Shown: positions 15,852-25,653 of the stretch, one piece after another
How positions within the stretch are numbered: the first letter of the stretch is position 1
Layout of the letters: each line of letters begins with the position of its first letter
Assembly: GCA_038046545.1 (NCBI GenBank)
Contig: JBBSVZ010000049.1
Span: forward strand, 1-34,840
Length of the DNA: 34,840 bases
Direction of reading: 5' to 3'
Origin: Nanobdellota archaeon
Lineage (GTDB): Archaea > Nanobdellota > Nanobdellia > Woesearchaeales > JBBSVZ01
Made by a program: the position numbers and the translations under genes
Notes under the pieces: model-generated
Seen by the model: the letters and a program-made list of their open reading frames with translations, nothing else
The model's database searches: none
What the model was told of the DNA's origin: nothing

Positions 15852-17298
15852 GTTGAGCAGGGAAGGAGCTGGGAGATATAGTCTCCCTCCACTTGCAGTA
15901 CCTGAACAGCCTATGCTTCCCGACCAGTATCTCAGAAAAGAGCTTCCTCTTCCCAGCGCAACCGAGCAGGAAATCACAAGAGAATTCATGTTACGCTCTA
16001 ACACAAACATATCAGTTGACAGCGCTGCCCTTTTTCCTCTTGGCTCGTGCACAATGATTTACAATCCTGCGCTCATCAGAGAGCTTCCAGCACATTTCTC
16101 TAACCTGCACCCGCTTCAGCCGGTTCATACCGCGCAAGGAGCGCTCAGGCTCATGTACAATCTTGAGAAGATTCTCTCAGAATTCGGCGGAGCAGACGAA
16201 GGAACTCTCCAGCCTGCGGCAGGAGCTCACAGTGAGCTCACAGCAATTTATATGATCGAAAAATACCATCGCTCAAACGGTGAGGGCAAGCAAAGAAAGT
16301 GCGTGCTTATCCCTGATTCTGCCCATGGCACTAATCCGGCAACGGCGGCAATGGCTGGATACAGCCTTGAAAACATTATAACTATTCCATCAGACAATCG
16401 AGGCAGGCTAGACTTTGATGCTCTCACAAAAATAATGGAAGAAAAAGGGAGCGAAGTTGCAGCATTGATGATAACCCAGCCCAATACATTCGGGATTTAC
16501 GACGAGAAAATCAGAGATATAACCTCCTTATTGCATGAATATGGCGCATTGGTGTTTAGCGACGGTGCAAACTCTGCAGCGTTGACTGGCAGAGTTAAGT
16601 TCATGGACCTTGGCGTTGATGCGTTTCATTTCAATTTACACAAGACTTTCGGTGTGCCTCACGGCGGCGGAGGGCCAGGAGCAGGGTTTGTTGGTTCATC
16701 AGCCCAGCTTGCCCCATTTCTTCCAACGCCAAGGATAATAAAAACTGAACGTCTTTTCGAATTGTCATACGAACATCCTGACTCAATTGGCACAGTTTCC
16801 TCGGCCTACGGCAATTTTCTTGCGGATGTCATGTCTTACGTCTACATCCAGCTTCTCGGGGCTGACGGCTTTAGGGAGGCAAGCGGACACGCAGTTCTTG
16901 CCGCCAATTACCTGCGCCAAAAAGTTGGCGAAACATTACCAATTGCTTTTCCAAGCTTGACTGCGCATGAGTTCGTCGCCCTTGATAGACCCATAAGAGG
17001 GGCGGGACTCAAGTCTATTGACCTTGCTAAAGGGCTGATTGATTTAGGCTATTACGCTCCAACTGTCGACTTCCCGCATGCAGGCGATATTCTCCATGAG
17101 AAAATCGGCTGCCTTCTGATTGAGCCAACGCACAGCGCAACTCGAAAAGCAATGGATGATTTTGCTACTGACCTCGCTGAAATCGTAAAGCACGGCATGG
17201 AAAATCCTGAATGGCTTCTAAACGCTCCTTACGATCTGGCTGTCTCCAGGCTGAAGGAAGCTGAATCAGACCGGGACAGAATTACGAGCTGGAGATAG
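15835..17298 (+). CDS. gcvPB: Glycine dehydrogenase (decarboxylating) subunit 2
   Basis: PLGSCTM, QPAAGAHSE, PDSAHGTNPATA, NLHKTFGVPHGGGGPG (PLP lysine). Confidence 0.95.
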   Translation: MELLTELSREGAGRYSLPPLAVPEQPMLPDQYLRKELPLPSATEQEITREFMLRSNTNISVDSAALFPLGSCTMIYNPALIRELPAHFSNLHPLQPVHTAQGALRLMYNLEKILSEFGGADEGTLQPAAGAHSELTAIYMIEKYHRSNGEGKQRKCVLIPDSAHGTNPATAAMAGYSLENIITIPSDNRGRLDFDALTKIMEEKGSEVAALMITQPNTFGIYDEKIRDITSLLHEYGALVFSDGANSAALTGRVKFMDLGVDAFHFNLHKTFGVPHGGGGPGAGFVGSSAQLAPFLPTPRIIKTERLFELSYEHPDSIGTVSSAYGNFLADVMSYVYIQLLGADGFREASGHAVLAANYLRQKVGETLPIAFPSLTAHEFVALDRPIRGAGLKSIDLAKGLIDLGYYAPTVDFPHAGDILHEKIGCLLIEPTHSATRKAMDDFATDLAEIVKHGMENPEWLLNAPYDLAVSRLKEAESDRDRITSWR

Positions 17299-17343
17299 GC
17301 TTTGAAGGCAAATGTTTTATTCACTCAACCCACATAATCAAAA

Positions 17344-17709
17344 ATGGCATACGATCAACCAGCAGATGAGCAGATTCCAATCAAACTTGATTTAGCAAAA
17401 CTGCTTGCTGAACGCTATATTGAAATGTATCAAGGGTACTCCAAACCATTATCTGCCAATAGTCCTGATTACAAAAAAGCGGCTGACCACTTGTTCACTC
17501 AATTAGCAAAATTTGATTTGAAGAGATTTAGGAACTTTTCAGAACGAGAACGGGGCCATTTCGGGATGGTAGACTATGACATATTCCAAGACACCGGCAT
17601 AACCACTGATACAGTCAGCAACCTTATGAAAACAAGTGAACAATTTCTTGTTGTATTGAAAGAAAGAGGATTAGAGGGATTTCTTGAATATATTGAAGGG
17701 CTGGTTTGA
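17344..17709 (+). CDS. Hypothetical protein
   Basis: 121-aa ORF with a TATA-like box upstream; no recognised motif. Confidence 0.6.
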   Translation: MAYDQPADEQIPIKLDLAKLLAERYIEMYQGYSKPLSANSPDYKKAADHLFTQLAKFDLKRFRNFSERERGHFGMVDYDIFQDTGITTDTVSNLMKTSEQFLVVLKERGLEGFLEYIEGLV

Positions 17710-17754
17710 ATTAAAAACTTCCTCAGATTCTAAAATAACAAAAATAAAAAGTTC

Positions 17755-17946
17755 TTAATCCTTAGAAACCTTAGCAGCCTTTGGGCCTTTGTCTCCCTGC
17801 TCTATCTCGAAAGTGACAGCATCGCCTTCACGGACAGTCACTCCAGGATTTAATCCAGTGCTATGGACAAAATAGTCAGTTCCATCTTCACCTGATATGA
17901 ATCCGAATTTCTTACTTTCATTGAAAAACTTTATTTTACCTTTCAT
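17755..17946 (-). CDS. Cold-shock (CSD) protein
   Basis: GKIKFFNESKKFGFI (RNP1), YFVHST (RNP2), KGPKA; GGAGG RBS. Confidence 0.95.
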   Translation of the reverse strand: MKGKIKFFNESKKFGFISGEDGTDYFVHSTGLNPGVTVREGDAVTFEIEQGDKGPKAAKVSKD

Positions 17947-18015
17947 TTGTATTCCTCCTATAATAATACATAAACATTCGATATTGCATATAAATATTTG
18001 CTTTAGAACAAGGCT

Positions 18016-18387
18016 TTATCTGCGATATAATAAGCTGATTATTTTATCAAGTTTTAGATGAATCTTATCAATTTCGTTAGAATCAATTCTGGGCTTATCC
18101 CTGCCAGCCTCACTAGGCGGGGGACTGGAATCCCCTTGCTTTTCAAAACATTCTCTACAATAAACGGGTTTGTTTCCTGATGGTCTGAACGGAACCTTTG
18201 TTTGCTTTGAGCAGTTTGCGCAAACTGCGTCATGTAGCTCAAGAGGCCTTCTTCGCTCTCCAGAACTCCTATCTGAACGTTCGCTAAACTTTCTTTCAGT
18301 GCGGCTGCCTTCAGAGCGATTCCTGCTAAACCTGCTTCCCTCAGATCTGTTCCCAAATCCACTTTTGCCCTGCCTGAAATTTGCCAT
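18016..18387 (-). CDS. CxxC-x17-CxxC zinc-ribbon protein with RS/RG-rich N terminus
   Basis: HDAVCANCSKQTKVPFRPSGNKPVYCRECF; C-terminal IHLKLDKII coil; ATG at 18387. Confidence 0.88.
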   Translation of the reverse strand: MANFRQGKSGFGNRSEGSRFSRNRSEGSRTERKFSERSDRSSGERRRPLELHDAVCANCSKQTKVPFRPSGNKPVYCRECFEKQGDSSPPPSEAGRDKPRIDSNEIDKIHLKLDKIISLLYRR

Positions 18388-18466
18388 GCGCAAAAGAGAC
18401 GCAATATCCTATTTAAATGTGTTTAAAGTTAAGATTATAAAGAATGAAAAAAATCCGGGAAAGAAT

Positions 18467-19018
18467 ATGACGTTAGACGACATCCTTACGGAAGAATCCA
18501 GTGACTCAACCTTGCTTCGGCGCTATTGCGTCGAGGAAGTTGACCTGGCAGTTGAGAAATGGGCTTATGTCACGACCACTTCCTCTCAGGTTGAAGATTA
18601 TTCTGAAGTTCCTGAGATGGACGAAGTTCCAAAACCTACCGAAATATATATTTCTCCCATTGCCTATTCAGCAGATGAACCCGGGAAAATAGTTGACGGC
18701 CAAGTCGCCTGGTATGCAAGAGCTCCTGGTTACGCTTCAAGAGTTCCAGCCGAACTAATCGGCCTTGCAGCACATTACCTGCGGCAAGGGGTAGGCGACA
18801 GGGAAAGGCAGCTAGATGAAATTTACAACCAGGTTTGTGGCGACAGCGAAGGCCGCTATGAAGACTTGCTTAGAAGCGAAAATCCACTTGGCTGCACCAT
18901 ACTTCACTATTTTGCAGATAAATTAGAAGAAACAAGCCAGTTCGGAAAGGCAAACGAAATGAGGACGCTGCTGGACATGTCATTTCACGGCATAAGCGAT
19001 TTTGGATTGTTTCAATGA
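18467..19018 (+). CDS. Hypothetical acidic protein
   Basis: Likely start MTLDDIL at 18467; the longer tracked ORF (from 18170) overlaps the zinc-ribbon gene antisense. Confidence 0.65.
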   Translation: MTLDDILTEESSDSTLLRRYCVEEVDLAVEKWAYVTTTSSQVEDYSEVPEMDEVPKPTEIYISPIAYSADEPGKIVDGQVAWYARAPGYASRVPAELIGLAAHYLRQGVGDRERQLDEIYNQVCGDSEGRYEDLLRSENPLGCTILHYFADKLEETSQFGKANEMRTLLDMSFHGISDFGLFQ

Positions 19019-19053
19019 TTTACGCCGCACACTGTTAAGAAATATTCAACAAA

Positions 19054-19431
19054 TTATCCAATAAGCAATCTCGCATATTCTGGGTTAGATGTTGCATACA
19101 GTCCTTCCAGATAACCGATAACCTCCTGCCTTTCTGCGTCATTAAGAGGCCTGGCGACGGAAGGGCGCAGCCTTGTTGGAAATTCTGACAGCCAGGGAGG
19201 GACTTCATTCCTGACAACTGCTACATCACCAACTGAATGGTCGTGAGCTGCGAGAATTTCGGCCAATTGATGCGTTGACTTGATGCCACCTATGCCATAT
19301 ACTCTTTCATCCAAGCCTACTCTGTGAGACGAGAGTATCAGATTGATAGCTGGGCTTCTTTCAAATGAGTCTGCAGCGTATTCGAGCTCCTTCCTTGGAG
19401 ATTCAACCGCAAATACGTAAGTTGTGTACAT
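19054..19431 (-). CDS. Hypothetical protein
   Basis: 125-aa ORF, plausible composition, TATA-like box upstream. Confidence 0.6.
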   Translation of the reverse strand: MYTTYVFAVESPRKELEYAADSFERSPAINLILSSHRVGLDERVYGIGGIKSTHQLAEILAAHDHSVGDVAVVRNEVPPWLSEFPTRLRPSVARPLNDAERQEVIGYLEGLYATSNPEYARLLIG

Positions 19432-19538
19432 GTCCCTGGCCCGGGAATCGCGGTTTGATATATTAATATTGCCACTAAACAGGGAGTTAGATTGTTAAAC
19501 TGGAAAGATTTAAAAATTATTAGTAGATTATTGGAAAA

Positions 19539-19934
19539 ATGGTACATCTCACACTAAGCGAATACATTTCCAGCCCCATCCATGAGCTTACTGAAGAACA
19601 GGTCGGCAGTAAATACCAGGTTTCAGGAGTTGTTCATGGCCTGTACTCAAATGTGCACACCAGTAGTTATGGCGGGGATTTTACTTATTTTAATGGTGTG
19701 ATTGAGGATGCGGATGGAGGGCTATTGCCTTTTGGAGGAATGACAAGGGCAGGTCATGGCGGTCAAGGTTTGGCTTTGATTAAGACTGCATCAGACCTGG
19801 AGAAAAAAATTACGCTTTGGGGCACATTAAAACCCGAATATGTTCAAACCGAAGATAATTTGAGACTAATTTGCCTTGATGTAGAGCATGTTGTGATGGA
19901 CGGGCTAAAGGTTTCTCCCTACAAAAGCGTTTAA
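19539..19934 (+). CDS. Hypothetical protein, possible OB fold
   Basis: YQVSGVV...FNGVIEDADG...ITLWGTL beta-strand pattern. Confidence 0.55.
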   Translation: MVHLTLSEYISSPIHELTEEQVGSKYQVSGVVHGLYSNVHTSSYGGDFTYFNGVIEDADGGLLPFGGMTRAGHGGQGLALIKTASDLEKKITLWGTLKPEYVQTEDNLRLICLDVEHVVMDGLKVSPYKSV

Positions 19935-20272
19935 CGCCTAAATTTGCACTCAAGCGCTGTGCAAGCTATCATCTTTCCGGAAAATTTTTCATCAATTTAA
20001 ATAGTGAGCGAATAAACTCGGTTCCTCGTCGGAAATCTTGCGGAAAATTCTACCAAAAGTATATGAAGAAGTCCAGTTTAGAAACTATTGCCACGGTAGT
20101 CAATCCTGGTAAGACAACTGCTCTGAGCAAGCAGTATCCGCAAGGATTTCCCGGTTCAAAAACTTTTCGCTCAAAAAGTTGAAACTCCGGGCCGTGGCGA
20201 CCTTTTATCACTAAACTGAAAAAAATAAAACTCTTCAAGGGTTGATAATGCATCCAATTTCAAAGTCGAATG

Positions 20273-21658
20273 CTACTGAATTGATTCCCCTATGGGAAGA
20301 GCCATTGCCCTTCCGTGATGCACTCCTAAAAAACTTATGAAATTAGCTTCAAGATAGCCTGGCTCGAGACTCTCGCCCACTAACGCAAAATAAAAGGGCG
20401 TTAAACCTGCAAGAAAACCGCTCCACTGAACGTAACCAGTTTTATCAGCTAAGGCTTCAGAGAGCCTCCCTTGGGCCTCGAGGAGCTGAGCTATTGGCAA
20501 TGCTTGAGCCATTTCCTTAGCGTTTTGGATTACAAAAGCATATTCTATCTGGAATGGTGCAAGCGTGCGTAAATTAGCTTCCAAAATCTCCTTTACTTTC
20601 TCTGTGTCGCTGACAAAAGGGTCGGTTAGAAATGTCTGGTAATCTATAAAGAGTTCAGCTTGCCTCGGGCTCAATTCCTTTGATTCCCCATAATACTCAC
20701 GTAAATGTTCGTAAATTTTTAATAAAGTGGGGTCATCTGTTTGAGGATTTTTAATGGCATCAAGCCATGCTTGATGATCTTCTTCATTACAAATCGACTG
20801 CCCATTTTTAAGTTTCCTCATGAAATGATAAAACACTTGGTTTTGGACTCCCACGTTCAGCCATTCGTATTCACTAGACCACAAACCTACGGGATATAAT
20901 TCCTTGCTGCCCATTAATGTGGCTCCTTCAGGACGGAATAAATTCCCCGGTCTTGCAATTCCCACTTCATAAATTCCTTGAATGGTCTGATCAAATGCTA
21001 AGGTATTTTTAAAATAAAACGGCAAACCGCCAGTGGCGCTTATCCAATAAAATACCATGTCAACTTTTTGTTCTTTTAGATCATATTTAATGTAGGCGTC
21101 CAATTGCCCGTCGTCTGTACTAGACCTGAAAAAATGTTGGCCGGACTCAATTGCATCCAAGAACATGCTGCGGTTGCGCATAGCTTCGACTCTTTCAAGA
21201 ACTTCTTCATCAGGGATATAATGCAGGGCGCTGAAAGTGCGAGATTGCCCATTCCTTAATTTGAAATCGTGGTCAGACAAAGTTACTTTATCAGCGTATT
21301 CCCAGTCCAGTAAAAATGATCTTTTGCCATCAGGCACAATGACTAATTCATGGGCAAGCCCGCGGTCTTGATAATTTTCAACTAAAGCGTAACGTGCAGG
21401 AATGCCTAAAGCTTGAAGGATTAGGTAATTTTTTAGCGCTTCTTCAGAACAGAACCGCTGCTTATCAACCTCATGCGGATACCTGAACCAAGTGTTGCTT
21501 TGAATGGCTTCCAGCCAGCCATATTCTTTTTCCGAAAAAACCTTGACGGTATTCCTAAGAATGTCTTCTAGCGTAGTTGAACCTTGGAGAACTTGCTGCG
21601 CCTGCGTAAAGATAAACTCCTTCCCCTCTTTGGGTAGGGCGCCAATTACGGATGCCAT
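20273..21658 (-). CDS. Protein with N-terminal transglutaminase-like (Cys-His-Asp) domain
   Basis: FCSEEALKNYLILQALGIPARYALV...AHELVIV...FLLDW matches the transglutaminase-like core. Confidence 0.7.
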   Translation of the reverse strand: MASVIGALPKEGKEFIFTQAQQVLQGSTTLEDILRNTVKVFSEKEYGWLEAIQSNTWFRYPHEVDKQRFCSEEALKNYLILQALGIPARYALVENYQDRGLAHELVIVPDGKRSFLLDWEYADKVTLSDHDFKLRNGQSRTFSALHYIPDEEVLERVEAMRNRSMFLDAIESGQHFFRSSTDDGQLDAYIKYDLKEQKVDMVFYWISATGGLPFYFKNTLAFDQTIQGIYEVGIARPGNLFRPEGATLMGSKELYPVGLWSSEYEWLNVGVQNQVFYHFMRKLKNGQSICNEEDHQAWLDAIKNPQTDDPTLLKIYEHLREYYGESKELSPRQAELFIDYQTFLTDPFVSDTEKVKEILEANLRTLAPFQIEYAFVIQNAKEMAQALPIAQLLEAQGRLSEALADKTGYVQWSGFLAGLTPFYFALVGESLEPGYLEANFISFLGVHHGRAMALPIGESIQ

Positions 21659-22230
21659 TGGACTAATTTTTCAAGAGGACTTTGTGGCGGGGCTCCGCTG
21701 GCGCGCAGAGGTGGCCTACTACTTCCTCCCGCGCATGTACGTGGTTCGATCGTAGCTGCAGGACTTTTTTGTCCAGGAGTATAAAGCCCTGCTTCGCTCA
21801 AATATTTTACCACAGTTGGCCTTGTGAGATTGCCACCAAGTTGTTCAAGAATTCCTGAAGTATTAGCTCCGCCATAGTGGGATTGATAAATAGCTATAAT
21901 TTCAGTTTTTTCACGACCCTTCCCTCGTCGAGGAATATTGATTTTATTCCCGTTCACAACCAGATAATCTCCATGATCTTCCATTCCATAATCTAAATAT
22001 TGGACTTCCTCAGGAGGCTTAAACATGATATTATAGGCTTTTTGCAATATTCCTTCTAAAAACCCAACAGTTGGCTCGGAAACCTCATCTCGTTTGAGCT
22101 GATCCGTGGTATAGGCAGTCAAGCCCTCAACTGTTGTAATCCCCTTAAAGTTCATATAGGCTATTGCTTCACGCTGCGCTGCATCATCAGGGATTTGCTT
22201 GATTAACCCGAAGATAGGATGGTCCACCAT
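21646..22230 (-). CDS. Putative DNA-binding protein (RNAP alpha-CTD-like helix-hairpin-helix plus HTH)
   Basis: KGITTVEGLTAYTTDQLK...VSEPTVGFLEGIL and LTRPTVVKYLSEAGL. Confidence 0.5.
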   Translation of the reverse strand: MVDHPIFGLIKQIPDDAAQREAIAYMNFKGITTVEGLTAYTTDQLKRDEVSEPTVGFLEGILQKAYNIMFKPPEEVQYLDYGMEDHGDYLVVNGNKINIPRRGKGREKTEIIAIYQSHYGGANTSGILEQLGGNLTRPTVVKYLSEAGLYTPGQKSPAATIEPRTCAGGSSRPPLRASGAPPQSPLEKLVQWHP

Positions 22231-22351
22231 ATTGGTCGGGAGCTTAATCAGATATTTAAGTATTATGCAGAAACCGGATGACTATAGATGCATACATTGC
22301 TTGAGATTGGGGGCATAGATATCTCTCCCAAACCGAACCCTTTTCCCACTC

Positions 22352-23119
22352 TTATTGTTTTATTAGAAACTCTGAGAATTTTGTCCCATACTCTGTTAGA
22401 GAACCATTGAATTTGCTTATTAACTGTTGAATTGCAGGGTCGCTTTCAGGTTCTGAGTGTTCCGATTGAATCATGTAGATAGTATTATATTGACCATTAA
22501 GTTTTGCAACTTCTTCTTTTATTATTCCGGCACGACTTAATTCAAAAACCGTTTGCCTAATCATAAATTCAGGGTATTCGGAAAAGATTTCTAAAAGAAT
22601 ATCTTTACTTGCACCCATTCCATACCTTTTAGCGGGAAATTTTTTATTCAAAGTACAATATTGTAATGGATTTGTAAAAAAACTGTAAAGATCAACACCC
22701 ATTTCAGTTAAATCGTTTAATGTTCTTAAATAGAAAAATTTCTGATTAATTGGAATTTTTTGTGATAATCCATTGACAAGTAAATTCACATATAAATGTC
22801 GTTTGATCGAATTGTTTGTTTCTTGAATTTTTTGAAAAATTTGTGAAATATAGCTTTCAAACTCTGATGATTTAACGAATTCTGCATCTATTTCTTTTAT
22901 TTTTTGAATTTCTTCTTGTAATTCTGATAAAATGTTTGCTAGTTCAAGCTTTTTTATATCCTCGACAGCTTTCTCATGCGTATCCACTAATGCACCAAAT
23001 TGCGGAATAGCGATTTTTGCCAAAACTAGTAACCCTTTCATTTGAATGTTTTCAGTATATTGTAATAAATTTGGATTTCCCAATGTTTTTCGAATAAGAT
23101 CATTTGGATTTATGTTCAT
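22352..23119 (-). CDS. Hypothetical AT-rich protein (weak Abi-alpha/DUF4393-like resemblance)
   Basis: 255 aa; QETNNSIKRHLYVNLLVNGL...LRTLNDLT and a C-terminal winged-helix-like LTEYGTKFSEF. Confidence 0.6.
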   Translation of the reverse strand: MNINPNDLIRKTLGNPNLLQYTENIQMKGLLVLAKIAIPQFGALVDTHEKAVEDIKKLELANILSELQEEIQKIKEIDAEFVKSSEFESYISQIFQKIQETNNSIKRHLYVNLLVNGLSQKIPINQKFFYLRTLNDLTEMGVDLYSFFTNPLQYCTLNKKFPAKRYGMGASKDILLEIFSEYPEFMIRQTVFELSRAGIIKEEVAKLNGQYNTIYMIQSEHSEPESDPAIQQLISKFNGSLTEYGTKFSEFLIKQ

Positions 23120-23192
23120 AATCCACCCTTAATTTGCTTCTAATAAAAATTTATTCATAAATTTTTTAAAAGAATAATGTTAGTAATTTTAA

Positions 23193-23753
23193 ATGCAACT
23201 AGATGATAAAACAGCTGTTTCGCCTTTATTCAAATTAAATGATCTACTTATCGCAAGAAATCAAAACGATAATGGAAAATTAATTGAAATTATAACCGAT
23301 AGAATTTATGGATGGTATATAGAACCGACAAAATTGTTATCTCGGCAACGTAACAATGGTTTTTTAGTCATGGCAATCATTTGTATCCTTTTAGATACAT
23401 TAAGCCAATTCTATTATGGTTCGAATCAAAGTAACAGGTCGAATTTTAAGAATTTTTTAAGAGATTTTAATTCAAGGTTTACCTTACCTGCGAGTAATTC
23501 CAGAGACTGTGCTGACGTTTTTTATAAAGGTTTTCGTTGTGGAATTCTTCATGAAGCTAAAATATCTGAAGGAGAAATAAATGGTTCAGCTAGATTTGCT
23601 ATTAATTGGAAGAACAACAAATTAATAGTTAATCCTGACCTTTTGTTAAAACAAGTTGATAAATACTATAAAAATTATTTGAAGAAACTGAAGAGGAATG
23701 AAAGACTAGTTGAATTTCAAAATAAAATTGATTTTTATCTGACAAATATTTAG
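23193..23753 (+). CDS. HEPN-like protein (RxxxxH motif), putative RNase
   Basis: GFLVMAIICILLDTLSQF...FYKGFRCGILHEAK. Confidence 0.65.
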   Translation: MQLDDKTAVSPLFKLNDLLIARNQNDNGKLIEIITDRIYGWYIEPTKLLSRQRNNGFLVMAIICILLDTLSQFYYGSNQSNRSNFKNFLRDFNSRFTLPASNSRDCADVFYKGFRCGILHEAKISEGEINGSARFAINWKNNKLIVNPDLLLKQVDKYYKNYLKKLKRNERLVEFQNKIDFYLTNI

Positions 23754-23948
23754 CTATTTTAAGTTTCTTCCAGAATTTGTTATCTTTAACGTTGTAAATG
23801 GCCTTCCAGTATTTTCGCTTTTGTTATGCTCAATTAATTCGACAAATCCAAAAAATCCAAGTTCCCTGCAATGAGACTTAATGCTTAAATAATTCGAATC
23901 TAGTTTGGTTTCCAATTATCTTAATAAGCATTCCTTTCTTTTTAAAAT
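23754..23948 (-). pseudogene. Winged-helix regulator remnant
   Basis: Manual translation ILKRKECLLR*LETKLDSNYLSIKSHCRELGFFGFVELIEHNKSENTGRPFTTLKITNSGRNLK*. In-frame TAA at 23916-23918; no start codon, since it abuts the stop of the upstream gene. Confidence 0.55.
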
Positions 23949-25373
23949 TTAACAAACCAAAGTTAGTTTAAGGTCAATTTTAATAGGATCTGACATAAAT
24001 GAATGGAATGAGATATAATTTTCATTTAAATTAGTTTTAAAATCAAAACTCCAATCTTTTCCATCATGATATAAAAAAAGTTTACAATCTAAACCATTAC
24101 AGTAATTTGTTTCTTTATAGTTATTTTCATTACTAAACTCAATTTTTTTAAATCGACAATTAGTTTTATTTGAAATCTGTCCTTCCGCGTTTTGAAAATT
24201 AAAAACTGCATATGTATCAGTGTTAACATTATGGATATTGTTAGTTACATTAATGGTAAACATGCAAGTGTTATTAAAACAAATCGAATTGCCCGAATAG
24301 TTAAATTTACTCGCATTGATCTCTTTTGAAGAACCCGATAGTATTAATTGAGTTATATTTTTTAGAGAGATGTTGTTTTTATCAAATTCAAGAAAAATAT
24401 ACTGATTGGTTTGGTCTATTTTGACAGATATAAATCCATCATGCTCAACTTTTCCGTTTTTTAATGCGTAATCAAAATCAGATATGATTGGAATTACATC
24501 ACCGTTAGATCTTCTTGCTCCCAACGCGAGAAGGGGAGAATTAACAGCAGACTTTTCAAAATTATATTTTCCGTAGTATATTGGAATAACTGGAACTTCT
24601 TGACTTGTGCCGAAAGTTTCAATGGTTATATTTACATATTTTTGGGAAAAAATTGTTGATCCGTAAGGATTTAGATCTATCCTGGATCCCGTTATTCCCA
24701 TTTGTCCTTCATGGAATTTAGGAATATTTATTGTTGAAATAAAAGCAGATCCCACGATCACAAATAGAGATGCAAAGATATACCAATTAGCTGGCATTTT
24801 AAATTTAGAGAAAGAGATAGCGGAGTATTTTCTAAAAAAGTTATCGTAACCTCCTTTTACTAAAACATTAATTATCGATATATTAATTATTAATACAAGT
24901 ATCATTGCGAACAACCAAAATAGAAACACCGAAATGAAGAAAAAATTGTAGGGGGATCTAAAAATGGTTATTGTCCAACCCAAAAAATTACTGATTACCA
25001 ATCCCTGAAAGAGTATTATTGAAAAGAAGATAGCTTCTAAATAAACGTAACTTCTCCTATTTCTTAAATAAATCAAGAATGTAAGAATAAGTAAAAAACC
25101 ACAGACGAGAATAAAATATTGCCAGCCCTGAAATAAATTTATTAAATTTAGATTTACACTCAATATTAAATTTACTAATCCGAGAAGAAGTAATAGAAAA
25201 GTTAGACCAGAAGTCAATATTATGAATATTCCCGTAATGTCTAATATGTGATTAACTTTGTCAATTTTTAATTTTCCCTGATTTCTGAATTTTGACCAAA
25301 AAAGGTATGATAAAAAAAGCATACTAACAAGATAAATAGGCATTAACTTAAGAAGACTTTCTAAGGGCTCCAT
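23949..25373 (-). CDS. Multi-pass membrane protein with Asn-rich extracellular C-terminal domain
   Basis: About 6 TM helices in the first 215 aa, then a beta-rich Asn/Cys-containing region with several N-x-S/T sequons; very AT-rich. Confidence 0.75.
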   Translation of the reverse strand: MEPLESLLKLMPIYLVSMLFLSYLFWSKFRNQGKLKIDKVNHILDITGIFIILTSGLTFLLLLLGLVNLILSVNLNLINLFQGWQYFILVCGFLLILTFLIYLRNRRSYVYLEAIFFSIILFQGLVISNFLGWTITIFRSPYNFFFISVFLFWLFAMILVLIINISIINVLVKGGYDNFFRKYSAISFSKFKMPANWYIFASLFVIVGSAFISTINIPKFHEGQMGITGSRIDLNPYGSTIFSQKYVNITIETFGTSQEVPVIPIYYGKYNFEKSAVNSPLLALGARRSNGDVIPIISDFDYALKNGKVEHDGFISVKIDQTNQYIFLEFDKNNISLKNITQLILSGSSKEINASKFNYSGNSICFNNTCMFTINVTNNIHNVNTDTYAVFNFQNAEGQISNKTNCRFKKIEFSNENNYKETNYCNGLDCKLFLYHDGKDWSFDFKTNLNENYISFHSFMSDPIKIDLKLTLVC

Positions 25374-25482
25374 GAATAGTTAAATTTAAGATCGATATAA
25401 ATAATTATTTAAATATATGAAGAAGATAAATACAAATTACTGGAATGTATTTTAAAATTATTTATTTCTATTTTTAGAATGT

Positions 25483-25611
25483 CTAACTCACCCCATCCTC
25501 CGCTTTCCCAACCAAAAACGCACCAATATTCCTCACCAACATCTCCTTCTTCTTATCTTCAGCCTCTTTCGAAACATAAGCTAACAGCGGATAAATGCAT
25601 AAGCGATTAAA
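25483..25611 (-). pseudogene. Possible C-terminal fragment of a D-2-hydroxyacid dehydrogenase-like gene
   Basis: Manual translation FNRLCIYPLLAYVSKEAEDKKKEMLVRNIGAFLVGKAEDGVS* resembles the P(H)xAxxSxEA...NIxAFLxG terminus; no start codon. Confidence 0.35.
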
Positions 25612-25653
25612 CTACCCAAAACATTAATATATCATAATCCAAAAACAAGGAAT

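Noticed and set aside
18170-18466. N-terminal extension of the tracked 282-aa ORF
   Set aside because: Antisense shadow of the CxxC-x17-CxxC gene and the intergenic promoter; the real start is more likely 18467.
19437-19447. GGCCCGGGAA (and CGCCCGGGCT near 26172) as further att cores
   Set aside because: Partial GC-rich matches without the TAACA-N15 arm; the second lies inside a CDS.
19935-20272. Short ORFs in the 340-bp gap, including tracked 20050-20253
   Set aside because: No motif or consistent frame; may be a decayed gene but cannot be supported.
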